The position numbers and the translations under genes are program-made. A stretch of DNA of 64,000 bases from an uncultured delta proteobacterium (GTDB lineage Bacteria; Desulfobacterota; Binatia; UBA9968): assembly GCA_963771465.1 (NCBI GenBank), contig CAVYTU010000014.1, positions 576,001 to 640,000 on the forward strand. Direction: 5' to 3'. The notes under the pieces were generated by a model. The model did no database searches and was not told the origin of the DNA. It worked only from the letters and a program-made list of their open reading frames with translations. Positions 41,321-53,173 of the stretch are shown here, piece after piece. How positions within the stretch are numbered: the stretch's first letter is position 1; each line of letters opens with the position of its first letter.

Positions 41321-41335
41321 GCAATGCCAATGCCG
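41321..41335 (-). promoter_or_regulatory. Putative sigma54 (-24/-12) promoter for the DUF1646 gene
   Basis: Minus strand CGGCATTGGCATTGC: GG-N10-GC with TTGC. Confidence 0.5.
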
Positions 41336-41512
41336 CGTTGTCGGTCCCAGTGGAAATCGAATTGTGCCGTTGCTAAGGTGTGAAAACTTCATTACTAGTG
41401 ACTGCGATCATGATCCGCAGCAGCAAATTTGCACGAATCGGTATGCTAGTGATATGGGCTGACATGCTCATTACGTAGGCTGTCTCTGCTCAAGTTTGAG
41501 AGGTAACAAGCC

Positions 41513-42586
41513 ATGGTGACGGATGCTACGGGCATGACCCGCATCAATCATGAAAAACTGCTTCGTTTTGTAAGCCGTTCGTTTGAAAAACTTGGCGTGC
41601 CGGCGAGCGATGCCGAGGTCGCGGCGAATGTTTTAGTCGCTTCTGACCTGCGCGGCGTCGATACCCACGGCGTGATTCGATTCAATCCGCATGCCTGGTA
41701 CGTCAAGTGGCTGAGAGATGGTGCGATGACGGCCAAGCCGAATATTCGCGTCGTCACGGAGAGCGCTTCGACGGCGCTGCTTGATGCCGACAACGGTATG
41801 GGCATGGTTGCCGGCCACCGAGCGATGGCGATGGCGATTGCCAAAGCCAAAGAGTCGGGCGTCGGGATCGTCGGCGTGCGCAACAGCCGTCACTACGGCA
41901 TGTCGGCGTATTATTCGATGCTGGCCTTGCCGCACGACATGATCGGCATCGCCATGACCAACGCGAGCCGGCAAGTGGTGCCGACCTTCGGCCGCGACGC
42001 GCGCTTTGGCACCAATCCGATCTGTTTCGCCGTGCCGGCGAAGGACGAGCGGCCGTTTGTCCTCGACATGGCGACGAACACGGCAGCAGCCGGCAAATTA
42101 GAATTAGCCGTTCGCCTCGGCAAATCGATTCCCACCGGGTGGGCATTGAACGAGAATGCCGAACCGACGACGGATCCAAAGGTGGCGCAGCAAGCGCGCC
42201 GTTTGTTGCCGCTCGGCGGTTCGCGCGAGAGCGGCAGCCACAAAGGTTATGGTCTGGGAATTCTCGTCGAGATCCTCTGCGGCGTGCTCAGCGGCACGAT
42301 CACGGCGCTCAATGCCAACCAGGAACCGCGCGGTCATTTTTTCGGCGCCATCGATCCGGCCACGTTTCGACCAACGGCGGAATTCAAAGCTGACATGGAC
42401 CGGCTGATTCGCGAATTGAAATCCACGCCGCCAGTTGAAGGAGAAAGCCGAGTCTACGTGGCTGGCGAGATCGAGTTTGAGACCGCCGAGGAACGATCAG
42501 AGCGCGGCATTCCGCTGCACAGTTCCGTGCTCAAGGGATTGCGAGAAGTCAGCGAGCAGGCCGGCGTGCCCTATGATTTGGAATGA
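41513..42586 (+). CDS. Ldh2/Mdh2 family oxidoreductase (ComC/AllD-like)
   Basis: DLRGVDTHG, RNSRHYG, FGTNPI, LDMAT, GSHKGYGL. Confidence 0.9.
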   Translation: MVTDATGMTRINHEKLLRFVSRSFEKLGVPASDAEVAANVLVASDLRGVDTHGVIRFNPHAWYVKWLRDGAMTAKPNIRVVTESASTALLDADNGMGMVAGHRAMAMAIAKAKESGVGIVGVRNSRHYGMSAYYSMLALPHDMIGIAMTNASRQVVPTFGRDARFGTNPICFAVPAKDERPFVLDMATNTAAAGKLELAVRLGKSIPTGWALNENAEPTTDPKVAQQARRLLPLGGSRESGSHKGYGLGILVEILCGVLSGTITALNANQEPRGHFFGAIDPATFRPTAEFKADMDRLIRELKSTPPVEGESRVYVAGEIEFETAEERSERGIPLHSSVLKGLREVSEQAGVPYDLE

Positions 42587-42651
42587 TCTCGGCCTGGACT
42601 CATTGAATAATCCTGCTGCTATGAGCTTCTAGTTAATCGTCGTGGCGAAAC

Positions 42652-43248
42652 TCAGAAACTGCCGCGGCTGATCACGACTTCCTTCAGCACCACGTCCTTG
42701 GTCGGCCGGTCGCGGGCATCGCGGGCGGTGTTGCCGATGGCGACGATGACGTCTTGGCCTTTGACCACTTCGCCGAAGACGCTATGGCGGTTGTCGAGGT
42801 GCAGCGTCGGCGCTAGCGTGATGAAGAACTGGCTACCGTTAGTGTTTGGGCCGGCGTTGGCCATTGACAGTATGCCGCCTTTGGTGTGGCGTAAATCGGC
42901 ATGAAATTCATCCTCGAAACGGTAGCCGGGTCCGCCTGTACCGTTACCCAAGGGATCGCCGCCTTGAATCATGAAGCCGGGTATGACGCGATGAAAAATC
43001 GTGCCGTTGTAAAGCGGCTTTTTTACTTTCTCGCCGGTTTTTGAATCGGTCCACTCCTTGGTGCCGCTGGCGAGACCGACGAAATTCGCCACGGTCTTGG
43101 GAGCTTTTTCGTCGAATAGCTGGATGACGATATCGCCCATGCTGGTTTTGAGCGTGGCGTAAAGCGGCCCCTTTTTTTCTTGGCCGTTGGCATTTGCGCC
43201 GAGCCCAAAGACTGCGTACAGCGCTGCGACGATTAATAGTTTTTTCAC
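42652..43248 (-). CDS. Cyclophilin-type peptidyl-prolyl isomerase with signal peptide
   Basis: [40 protein letters not shown]; AGGAGG before GTG. Confidence 0.95.
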   Translation of the reverse strand: MKKLLIVAALYAVFGLGANANGQEKKGPLYATLKTSMGDIVIQLFDEKAPKTVANFVGLASGTKEWTDSKTGEKVKKPLYNGTIFHRVIPGFMIQGGDPLGNGTGGPGYRFEDEFHADLRHTKGGILSMANAGPNTNGSQFFITLAPTLHLDNRHSVFGEVVKGQDVIVAIGNTARDARDRPTKDVVLKEVVISRGSF

Positions 43249-43595
43249 TGGTGCCTCCTGATAATTATTTCTGAGCTAATTCAGCCATGATTTCATTGAT
43301 GAAGCGCAGGTCTATATTCGGTTTGCGTATTCAACGCCATCGACGCCGTCCTCACCGAGCGCGGGGACACGGAGTACCTTTGCGCCGTAGCAATTCGCCA
43401 ATCAGCGATAAAAACTGATTATCGCGAAATAGGGCAGGAAACGACATCGCATGGAATTGACGCTTAAGCTAAACAAACTATTCCGGTCGGTCAAGCTAGA
43501 TCGTCAGAAAGTGGCGCTCCAGGCCGATTAGCCGCTACTTTTCGGCGGCGTAAACCTTCAGTGAAATTCAGTGCGGTGCTTTTCGATCCAGTGTT

Positions 43596-43624
43596 TTGAC
43601 AATGAGATTCTCGGATGGTATAGG
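43596..43624 (+). promoter_or_regulatory. Putative promoter of the bactofilin-atp operon
   Basis: TTGACA, 17 bp spacer, TG-n-TATAGG. Confidence 0.5.
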
Positions 43625-43656
43625 AAACTTTGCCCAAACAGGGAGGGCATCATCCT

Positions 43657-44223
43657 ATGGCTTGGTTTGATCGAAGCGCTGGAGAAAAAAAAGGGCCGGA
43701 CGCAACACCTGAGAAAACTCCGGAGACGCCGAAGTCAGCAGTACCTGAGCCAGCTCCGGTGGCTGCAACTCCCGCGCCGCCTAAGCCCGCTCCCAAAGTA
43801 GCCGAACCGCCGTCTTCTACCGCTGGTTTGGTCGGTTATCTATATAAAGGGAGCCGCGTCAGCGGCCAATTGAGTTTTCAGGGCCCAGCGCGTATCGACG
43901 GCACCGTCGACGGCGAAATTCACTGTCAGGGGACGTTAACTATCGGTCCGGGCGCCGAGGTCAAAGCCAAAATTACCTGCCAGGCCGTGGTGATTCATGG
44001 CAAGGTAGAAGGCGATGTGAGCGCTAAAGATAAGGTCGAGTTGGTAGCGCCGGCTCGATTGATTGGCAACATAGATACCCCCAGGCTGATCATCGCTGAG
44101 GGTGTGGTGTTTGACGGTGACTGCTCCATGGGAGTGGCCAAGCAACAAGGTGGAGTCTCAGGCTCGCAGAGCGTGGTAGCGGACAAAGCGCCAGTGGCTC
44201 AAAGCGCCAAAGCTAATAGCTGA
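43657..44223 (+). CDS. Bactofilin (polymer-forming cytoskeletal protein)
   Basis: Pro/Ala-rich N-terminus then beta-helix IDG.VDG.I...L.IG..A.V...G.VFDG.C.M. Confidence 0.9.
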   Translation: MAWFDRSAGEKKGPDATPEKTPETPKSAVPEPAPVAATPAPPKPAPKVAEPPSSTAGLVGYLYKGSRVSGQLSFQGPARIDGTVDGEIHCQGTLTIGPGAEVKAKITCQAVVIHGKVEGDVSAKDKVELVAPARLIGNIDTPRLIIAEGVVFDGDCSMGVAKQQGGVSGSQSVVADKAPVAQSAKANS

Positions 44224-44377
44224 TTCTCGAACTTAGACTTCGGTTCGCCGTTCATTCCATCCCGAGATCCTACGTTCATCATCGAAGGTAGGTTTTTCCA
44301 TATTTAGGCCTTGGGTTGTGCTCTACCCGGGCGGATGCCGCCGTAACGAAAGTGTAGTTGGAGTCGGAAACGGACGA

Positions 44378-44806
44378 ATGATTCACTTAGATTTCAGCAT
44401 CGTTTATCAGATGATCCTATTTCTGATCCTCTGGGTGATTCTCAATAAAATTTTGTTCCAGCCTTACCTCCATCTTCTCAACGAACGCGAGCTAAAAACC
44501 ACCGGTGCCGAACATGATTCGAGCGACTTGGAACATGAAGGCGCGCGGCTAAAGGCACAGTACGAAGAGAAAATCGGCCAAGCCCAGGCTGTCGGCTATG
44601 CAGCAAAAGATGCCATCGTCCAAGACGGCCGCCAACAACGCGAAAAAATCTTAAGCCAGGCGCGCGACGAGGCCGCAGCCACATTGGAACGGGTTCGTAA
44701 CGAAGTGGCGAGCACCCTCGAGCAAGAGCGCCGACTCGCTGCGGCTGAAGTGAGCAACGTGGCCGGTGCGATGGTTGCCAAGGTATTGGGGAGGACGGTC
44801 GGGTGA
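44378..44806 (+). CDS. atpF: F0 ATP synthase subunit b'
   Basis: N-terminal TM (Q..LFLILW.IL.K.LF.P) plus coiled coil; first of two b-type genes. Confidence 0.85.
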   Translation: MIHLDFSIVYQMILFLILWVILNKILFQPYLHLLNERELKTTGAEHDSSDLEHEGARLKAQYEEKIGQAQAVGYAAKDAIVQDGRQQREKILSQARDEAAATLERVRNEVASTLEQERRLAAAEVSNVAGAMVAKVLGRTVG

Positions 44807-45369
44807 GCGCCATGAGTATTGTCGATCTTTTGATCACGGCGCAGCTTTGGGCTTCGGAAGCGGGCGGTCATGGCGCTGAGCACCACGGGCCGTCAATCAA
44901 TGACATTTGGTTTCCGCTCGGCAATTTCCTCATCTACGCATTCATACTAGTGAAGCTTGCCCTTCCTCTGGTTCGTGATTTCTTGAGAACGCGCCGGGAG
45001 GAAGTCGTTTCGACTATCGCGCAGGCTTCGGCGAAGAAACAGCAGGCTGAAGCGTTCGTCAGCGAGTACCGGGGCAAAATTGCCGGTTTGGATAATGAGA
45101 TTCAGACCATGCAAGAGACGCTCCGCAATGAGGGCGAGCGCGAAAAAACTCGGCTTGTGGGCGAAGCTCAAACGCTAGCGGTAAAAATCAAGGAAGACAC
45201 GCAGTTTCTCGCCGACCAAGAGGTGAAAATCGCCCGCCAGCAGCTACGCCAGGAGATCGCTAATCAAGCAGAGGCGGCGGCGCGCGTGCTGGTGCAACGG
45301 CATCTTTCGGCGGCGGATCAGGACCGGTTAGCGCAAGAATTTATTCAAAATATCGGATCAACGCGATGA
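44803..45369 (+). CDS. atpF: F0 ATP synthase subunit b
   Basis: NFLI...L TM plus coiled coil; overlaps atpH start. Confidence 0.85.
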   Translation: MSAMSIVDLLITAQLWASEAGGHGAEHHGPSINDIWFPLGNFLIYAFILVKLALPLVRDFLRTRREEVVSTIAQASAKKQQAEAFVSEYRGKIAGLDNEIQTMQETLRNEGEREKTRLVGEAQTLAVKIKEDTQFLADQEVKIARQQLRQEIANQAEAAARVLVQRHLSAADQDRLAQEFIQNIGSTR

Positions 45370-45908
45370 TCGAAGGCAGCCTAGCAAGGCGATATACCAA
45401 GGCGCTGTTTCAATTGGCGCGCGAGGCCGGTCAGGAAGAAGCGGTCGGTCGAGAAGTCGATGAGTTTTTTACCGCCTACGACGGCTCGGATTTGCGCATG
45501 GTGCTCACCAATCCCGCCTTCGATGTGCCGACCCGCAAACGAGTTCTTATTCAAGTCGCCAATCACCAGCAGCTTTCGGTGCTGACGATTCATTTCTTGT
45601 CCCTCTTGCTGGAACGGGACCGGCTCAAGCATCTGCCTGGGATCGCAAGCTGCTATCGGCGTTTACTGAACGAAGCCAAGGGGCAGGTCGAAGCGAAAGT
45701 GGTCAGCGCCAGTGCATTGGCGCCAGCGCTGATCGACCGAGTGCGCGAGCAGCTGCGTGGGTTGTCGGGCAAACAAGTAGTCTTGCAACAGGAAGTCGAT
45801 CCGACTCTGCTCGGCGGCATGACCGTCGAACTGGCAGGAAAAGTTTACGACGGTAGCATTCGCACCCAGCTCGAGAAGATGAAACAGCGCGTGGCGCGCG
45901 GTTATTAA
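45366..45908 (+). CDS. atpH: F1 subunit delta
   Basis: [33 protein letters not shown]. Confidence 0.93.
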   Translation: MIEGSLARRYTKALFQLAREAGQEEAVGREVDEFFTAYDGSDLRMVLTNPAFDVPTRKRVLIQVANHQQLSVLTIHFLSLLLERDRLKHLPGIASCYRRLLNEAKGQVEAKVVSASALAPALIDRVREQLRGLSGKQVVLQQEVDPTLLGGMTVELAGKVYDGSIRTQLEKMKQRVARGY

Positions 45909-45918
45909 GGAGTCAACG

Positions 45919-47428
45919 ATGGATATCGGAACAGCGGAAATCAGCCGGATTATTAAAGAACAAATCCGCGACTACGAAAAGACGGTTGAGATCCAGGAAG
46001 TCGGCTCGGTGCTTTCCACCGGCGACGGTATCGCGCGCATTCACGGCCTCGACAAAGTCGCCGCCGGCGAGCTGTTGGAATTTCCCCACAATATTTTCGG
46101 CATCGCACTCAATTTGGAAGAAGACAACGTCGGCGCCGCGCTCTTCGGCGAAACCCACATGATCAAAGAAGGCGACACGGTCAAACGGACCGGCCGGATC
46201 GCCGAAGTTCCAGTCGGCAAGGAAATGATCGGCCGGGTGGTCAACGCACTCGGTGAAGCGATCGACGGGCGCGGCCCGATTGATGCCAAAGAGCGCCGCC
46301 GCATCGAATTGAAGGCTCCCGGCATCGTCGCGCGCCAACCGGTGAAAGAGCCACTGCAAACCGGCTTGAAAGCGATCGACGGCATGATCCCGATCGGACG
46401 CGGCCAGCGTGAACTGATCATTGGCGACCGCCAGACCGGCAAGACCGCCGTCGCCATCGACGCGATCATCAATCAAAAGGGCGGCAATGTCATTTGTATT
46501 TACGTCGCCATCGGCCAGAAACGGTCAACCGTCGCGCAGGTGGTTGACCGGCTTAGAGAAGCCGGTGCAATGGAATATACCATCATCGTCGCGGCGACGG
46601 CCTCCGAGTCCGCGCCGCTGCAATTTATTGCCCCTTACTCGGGCTGCACCATGGGTGAGTACTTCCGCGACAACGGCGGCCACGCGCTGGTGATCTACGA
46701 CGATCTATCGAAACACGCGGTTGCGTATCGCCAATTGTCTCTTGCTGCTGCGCCGCCCACCGGGGCGTGAAGCGTATCCCGGCGACGTTTTCTATTTACA
46801 TTCCCGTTTACTCGAGCGCGCCGCCAAGATGAGCAATGAACGCGGCGGCGGTTCACTGACCGCGCTGCCGATCATCGAGACCCAAGCCGGCGACGTGTCG
46901 GCTTATATTCCGACCAACGTTATTTCGATTACCGATGGGCAGATTTTTCTCGAAAGCGATCTGTTCTACTCCGGTGTCCGGCCGGCGATCAACGTCGGAA
47001 TTTCCGTCTCCCGCGTCGGCGGCAACGCGCAGATCAAGGCGATGAAGCAAGTCGCCGGCACGCTACGGCTGGAATTAGCTCAATATCGCGAAATGGCTGC
47101 CTTTGCCCAGTTCGGCTCCGACTTGGACGCGGCGACGCAGAAACAGTTAAACCGCGGCGCGCGCTTGGTCGAGTTGCTCAAACAAGGCCAATACCAGCCG
47201 CTGTCCGTCGAGCAGCAGGTGGTGATCATTTACGCCGGCACCAATGGCTTCGTCGACGAATTGCCGGTCGCGTCGCTGAAAAAATACGAGCAGGAAGTGT
47301 TCTCGTTCATTTCATCGAAGCATCCCGACGTGTTCGCCGACATTCTCAAGAAGCGCGAGTTGGACAGCGATCTGCGCGCCAAGCTGAACCAGGTTCTGGG
47401 CGAGTTTAAAGGGGCTTTCAAGGCTTAA
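45919..47428 (+). CDS. atpA: F1 subunit alpha; +1 frameshift near 46741
   Basis: [27 protein letters not shown], then [23 protein letters not shown] in the shifted frame. Confidence 0.95.
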
Positions 47429-47430
47429 GG

Positions 47431-47481
47431 TTCGGGTTTGAGGTTTCGGGTTATCTCCAAAACCTAAACTCGTAACCCGAA
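47431..47481. repeat. Imperfect intergenic palindrome built from ~7-nt units
   Basis: TTCGGGTTTGAGGTTTCGGGTT...AACCTAAACTCGTAACCCGAA between atpA and atpG. Confidence 0.6.
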
Positions 47482-47493
47482 GCGTCAACAAAG

Positions 47494-48360
47494 ATGGCAA
47501 CACTCAAGACGATACGTAAGCGGATCGGCTCGGTCCGCAACACTCAACAGATCACCAAGGCCATGAAAATGGTCTCGGCGGCGAAGCTGCGCCGGGCACA
47601 GGAGGCCGCGGTGCAAGCGCGACCTTACGCCGAGAAGATGACCGAGCTGTTGAAAAATGTTTCGGCCCGGGTTGCCCGCGAAGCCCATCCGTTATTAACC
47701 CCGCGCGAAGAGAAAAAGATCCATCTGGTTCTGTTTACCTCGGACCGCGGACTATGCGGCGGTTATAATACGAACTTGATCCGCGCCGCCGAAGCGTTCA
47801 TACGCCGGCAATCGGCCGACCAGGAAATCGAGCTGACTTTGGTCGGGCGCAAAGGCGCGGACTATTTTCGCCGGCGCGGCGCCAGGATCGCCGATCGCTA
47901 CGTCGATATTCTTTACAAAACGGCCGATGAGCTGGCCGCCCAGATCGCGCTAAAATTAATCGCTCGCTTCGTCAATGGCGAGACCGACGCGGTTTATATT
48001 CTCTACAGCCGTTTCCGCTCGGCCCTGTCACAGCTGCCGACGTTGGAAAAACTTCTGCCGGTGTCATTGACGGAAACCAGCGAAACGGATGCGCAGCAAC
48101 AGACCGAATATTTATACGAACCGGGCGTCGAGCAACTGCTGGCGAGCTTGTTACCGCGGATTACCGACGTGGCGTTGCAGCGGGCTTTGTTGGAAGCGAC
48201 CGCCAGCGAGCATGGCGCGCGCATGACCGCCATGGAATCGGCCACCGGCAACGCGGCCAAGATGATCGGCTCGCTGACGCTGCAAATGAACCGGGCGCGC
48301 CAGGCATCGATTACCCGCGAGCTGTTGGAAATCGTCGGCACGGCGGAAGCATTGAAATAA
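47494..48360 (+). CDS. atpG: F1 subunit gamma
   Basis: QITKAMKMVSAAKL, DRGLCG, SEHGARMTAM, NRARQASITRE. Confidence 0.97.
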   Translation: MATLKTIRKRIGSVRNTQQITKAMKMVSAAKLRRAQEAAVQARPYAEKMTELLKNVSARVAREAHPLLTPREEKKIHLVLFTSDRGLCGGYNTNLIRAAEAFIRRQSADQEIELTLVGRKGADYFRRRGARIADRYVDILYKTADELAAQIALKLIARFVNGETDAVYILYSRFRSALSQLPTLEKLLPVSLTETSETDAQQQTEYLYEPGVEQLLASLLPRITDVALQRALLEATASEHGARMTAMESATGNAAKMIGSLTLQMNRARQASITRELLEIVGTAEALK

Positions 48361-48363
48361 TAA

Positions 48364-48432
48364 ATCGTGTTCGTGATCGTAAAAACGAAGATCTCAGAAG
48401 ATGCGAGCACGAGCCACGAACACGATCACGAT
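48364..48432. repeat. Intergenic palindrome of 6-nt TCGTG(A/T)/CACGA(T/A) units
   Basis: ATCGTGTTCGTG (48364) and CACGAACACGAT (48415) form a perfect 12-bp inverted repeat, plus extra units. Confidence 0.65.
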
Positions 48433-48436
48433 ATGA

Positions 48437-49864
<1,428 letters not shown>

Positions 49865-49919
49865 GCGGGCATCAGGCAGGCAGAGGCGGCGGACCTTGGC
49901 CTATTCCTTGGATTTTTAA

Positions 49920-50336
49920 ATGGCAGACAAGATCAGACTTAGAATAGTGACGCCGAGCCGGCTGATGCTCGACGAAGAAGTCGACGAAGTTACTGCGATC
50001 GGCGAGTTGGGCGAGTTCGGCGTGTTGCCCAATCATATTGCTTTTCTCTCGACGCTTGTGCCGGGCGAATTGAGCTACAAGCAGGGCGCCACCAAGCGCG
50101 TGCTGGCGGTGAGCGGCGGTTATGCGGAAGTGTTAGATAACGTGATGACCGTGTTGGCGCCGGCTGCCGAATTCGCCGCCGAGATTGACAGCGCGCGCGC
50201 TCAACGCGCCAAGGAGCGGGCCGAGAAGCAGCTGTCCGAGGTCAACCGTGAGGAAAAGGAATTCGAACTGTGCCAAGTTGCGCTGCAGCGCGCGCTGGTC
50301 CGGCTCCAGGTTGCGAGTAAGGAAACAAGAAGATAA
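49920..50336 (+). CDS. atpC: F1 subunit epsilon
   Basis: IVTP, GEFGVLPNH, VSGGYAEV, C-terminal helical hairpin. Confidence 0.95.
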   Translation: MADKIRLRIVTPSRLMLDEEVDEVTAIGELGEFGVLPNHIAFLSTLVPGELSYKQGATKRVLAVSGGYAEVLDNVMTVLAPAAEFAAEIDSARAQRAKERAEKQLSEVNREEKEFELCQVALQRALVRLQVASKETRR

Positions 50337-50373
50337 GTAGATAGGAATGAGAAAGCAGTAAGGAGGAAGTCTT

Positions 50374-51507
50374 ATGGCCGATGCAGCGAAACAAGAACCG
50401 GTAATCACCATGTGGAGTAAGGAATTCACCTATGATCGGTGGATGAAGTCGAAAGGTATTCCAATCCATACGGGCTACTTTATTCCGGATCTCCGGACCG
50501 TCGAGTTGGAATGGTGGGAGGAAAGAGGCTGCAAAGCCGCGTTCATTCAGCTCCTGGGGCAGGAAGGCGTCAGCGCGGCGCGGGTGACGGAAGTTCCTCC
50601 GGGCAAATCGTTGCCGCCGGTGAAATTCGCCTTGGATGAAATCGTCTACGTTTGCTCCGGCCGCGGCTTGACCACCGTCTGGGCAGGCGAGGGCAAGGCG
50701 AAGAAGAACTTCGAATGGCAAGAGCATTCGATGTTTCTCGTGCCGCGCAATCACTGGCACGTCTTCAGCAATATGGCGGGCGACAAACCGGTTAAACTTT
50801 TTCACTACAGCTACATGCCAATGGCGATGTCGGCGTTGCCCGAGCCCGACATGTATTTCAACAATCCCTACGAACCGAAAATCACCGCCGATCAGGGCGA
50901 TTTTTACTCGGAAGCGAAAATGGTTCAGGCGAAAGATGCCGACGAAGGTTTGGGCATGCGCGCTTTTTGGTATGGCAACTTTTTCCCCGACATGCGCGCC
51001 TGGAACAAGCTCGACGCCAACGAGCGGCGCGGCGCCGGCGGCAAAAGCGTGTTCATGCAGTTTCCCAATTCCGAACTCACCGCCCACATGTCAGTATTCG
51101 CGCCCAAGACCTATAAGAAGGCGCACCGCCATGGTCCGGGCCGCGCGATCATTATTCCAGCCGGCGAAGGCTATTCGATCATGTGGGAAGAAGGCAAAGA
51201 AAAGGTCGTCTGCCCGTGGCATGAGTGCTCGATGGTGACGCCGCCGAACAAGTGGTTCCACCAGCATTTCAATGCCGGCGGCGATATGGCGCGCTATCTG
51301 GCGCTTCATCCGCCGATGCAGTTCCACGGCCATGCGGAAAAGGTCGAGGATCGCGCTAAAGATCAGATCGAGTATCCCAACGAGGATCCGTTCATTCGTC
51401 AGAAGTTCGAAGAGGAGTTGGGCAAGCGCGGCATCAAGAGCATCATGCCGGCTGAATGCTACAGTGACCCGGACTACGAGTGGTCCAAGGCGATGGGCAA
51501 GCAATAA
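50374..51507 (+). CDS. Bicupin protein (paralog of 11926-13044)
   Basis: YDRW...GIP..., TYKKAHRHGPG, WFHQHFN, QIEY..ED; AAGGAGG RBS. Confidence 0.85.
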   Translation: MADAAKQEPVITMWSKEFTYDRWMKSKGIPIHTGYFIPDLRTVELEWWEERGCKAAFIQLLGQEGVSAARVTEVPPGKSLPPVKFALDEIVYVCSGRGLTTVWAGEGKAKKNFEWQEHSMFLVPRNHWHVFSNMAGDKPVKLFHYSYMPMAMSALPEPDMYFNNPYEPKITADQGDFYSEAKMVQAKDADEGLGMRAFWYGNFFPDMRAWNKLDANERRGAGGKSVFMQFPNSELTAHMSVFAPKTYKKAHRHGPGRAIIIPAGEGYSIMWEEGKEKVVCPWHECSMVTPPNKWFHQHFNAGGDMARYLALHPPMQFHGHAEKVEDRAKDQIEYPNEDPFIRQKFEEELGKRGIKSIMPAECYSDPDYEWSKAMGKQ

Positions 51508-51542
51508 ATAGATTGCCCGTAACTACTTAACAGTTTGATTAC

Positions 51543-51572
51543 GGAATCCCCGCTCCAGCGAGTGGGGATTCC
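51543..51572 (+). terminator. GC-rich stem-loop between the cupin and EutA-like genes
   Basis: GGAATCCCCGCT-CCAGCG-AGTGGGGATTCC followed by TGTTATT. Confidence 0.6.
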
Positions 51573-51584
51573 TGTTATTGGGGT

Positions 51585-53135
51585 ATGAAAAAAATGGCAG
51601 AAATACAGAGGCAAAAGATGCACGACGATATCTACGATCACGACCATCCGGATAATTTCATCATCGGCGAGGACGAAATTGTCACCGACATCGAAGGACT
51701 GGAGATGTTCTCGCTAAAGAGCGTGGGCATCGATATCGGCTCTTCGACCTCGCACCTGATCTTCTCGCATATCACTTTGCGCCGCGAAGGCGCGTCGCTC
51801 TCCGGCAAATTCCGCGTGACTAACCGCGAGGTGCTATACCGCTCGCCGATCATGCTGACGCCGTACATTTCAGCCACGAAGATCGACACCGATAAGGTCA
51901 ACGCGTTCATTCACGACGCGTACAAAGAAGCGGGCTTGACGCCGGAAGACGTCGACACCGGCGCGGTGATCATCACCGGCGAGGCGTTGAAAAAAGAAAA
52001 CGCCCAGCCGATCGTCGAAAACTTCGCCAAATACTCCGGCAAATTTATTTGCGCGGCGGCGGGCCATAATCATGAAGCGTTATTGGCGGCCTATGGTTGC
52101 GGTGCGGTGGATTTATCGAAGAGCGAGCATAAGACCGTGCTCAACGTCGATATGGGCGGCGGCACGACTAAATTTTCATTGGTGGAAGACGGCGTGGTGA
52201 CGCAGACCGCGGCGATTAGCATCGGCGCCCGGCTGATCGCCTTCGACGAGAGTAATAAAATCACCCGTATCGAAGACGCCGGCCGGACGATGATGAAGGA
52301 GCTTGGCCACCAGGTCGAGATCGGCCAGACGATCTCGGACAAGATGAAAGAAGATTTTGGCGCCTATATGGCGAAGATTCTTTTCGAGACTATTGAGGGA
52401 GGACCTCACTCGCCGATGGCCAGTTCGCTCATGGTGACGCCGCCGTTGGTCAATTATCTTGGTTTCAAGCAATTTCAGTACATCGTCTTTTCCGGCGGCG
52501 TTTCCGAGCATGTCTACGACCGCGATACGAAAACCTACGGCGACATCGGGCCGGTGCTCGGCCGCAATATGCGCGAGTATCTAAAAAAGCTGCCGAAGGA
52601 TATTCTGCGCGAACCCATCGAGGGCATTCGCGCCACGGTCATCGGCGCCGGCGAGTACACGATTCAAGCGAGCGGCAACACCAGTTTTGTGTCCAACCTA
52701 AAAGTGCTGCCGGTGCACGGCCTCAAGGTCATCCAAGCACCGATTCGCGAAGGCGAGTCGGTCAGCGAGGCGCTCAAGCAGTCGCTGAGAAAATTCGATC
52801 TGACCCACTTTACATCCGGGTTGGCTCTTTCGTTGACGGTGAGCGGCGTGCCCGACTATCAGTCGGTGCGCCGAATTGCTGAGGGCGTGGCGCAAATTCT
52901 CAAAGACTCGGACGATCAGAAATGTCCATTGTATTTAACCCTCGATCTCGATATCGCCAAATCCTTGGGCGCCATGCTCAAGGACGAGTTCAAAGTCGCG
53001 CGCGATATCATCGCTATCGACAGCATTGAAGTCGGTGACTTGGATTACATCGACATCGGCGAGTGTTTGGGTATCACCGAAGTGATTCCCGTCACGGTCA
53101 AGTCGCTGATGTTCCCGACCGCGGCGAGCGATTGA
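51585..53135 (+). CDS. EutA-like (ethanolamine ammonia-lyase reactivase family) ASKHA ATPase
   Basis: SVGIDIGSSTSH, TGAVIITGEA.KKENA, AGHNHEALLAAYG, NVDMGGGTT, FSGGVSE, IRATVIGAG, DYIDIG, PVTVKSL.F; may start at 51618. Confidence 0.85.
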   Translation: MKKMAEIQRQKMHDDIYDHDHPDNFIIGEDEIVTDIEGLEMFSLKSVGIDIGSSTSHLIFSHITLRREGASLSGKFRVTNREVLYRSPIMLTPYISATKIDTDKVNAFIHDAYKEAGLTPEDVDTGAVIITGEALKKENAQPIVENFAKYSGKFICAAAGHNHEALLAAYGCGAVDLSKSEHKTVLNVDMGGGTTKFSLVEDGVVTQTAAISIGARLIAFDESNKITRIEDAGRTMMKELGHQVEIGQTISDKMKEDFGAYMAKILFETIEGGPHSPMASSLMVTPPLVNYLGFKQFQYIVFSGGVSEHVYDRDTKTYGDIGPVLGRNMREYLKKLPKDILREPIEGIRATVIGAGEYTIQASGNTSFVSNLKVLPVHGLKVIQAPIREGESVSEALKQSLRKFDLTHFTSGLALSLTVSGVPDYQSVRRIAEGVAQILKDSDDQKCPLYLTLDLDIAKSLGAMLKDEFKVARDIIAIDSIEVGDLDYIDIGECLGITEVIPVTVKSLMFPTAASD

Positions 53136-53173
53136 AGCGGTCGAGAATTTACTTTCCGTTCCCGTCTGAAGGT

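Noticed and set aside
46730-46770. Programmed frameshift or split atpA
   Set aside because: No slippery sequence; it falls in an invariant motif and matches the other +1 errors
51585-53135. Ethanolamine utilisation locus
   Set aside because: No eutB, eutC or shell genes nearby, so no eutA symbol was assigned
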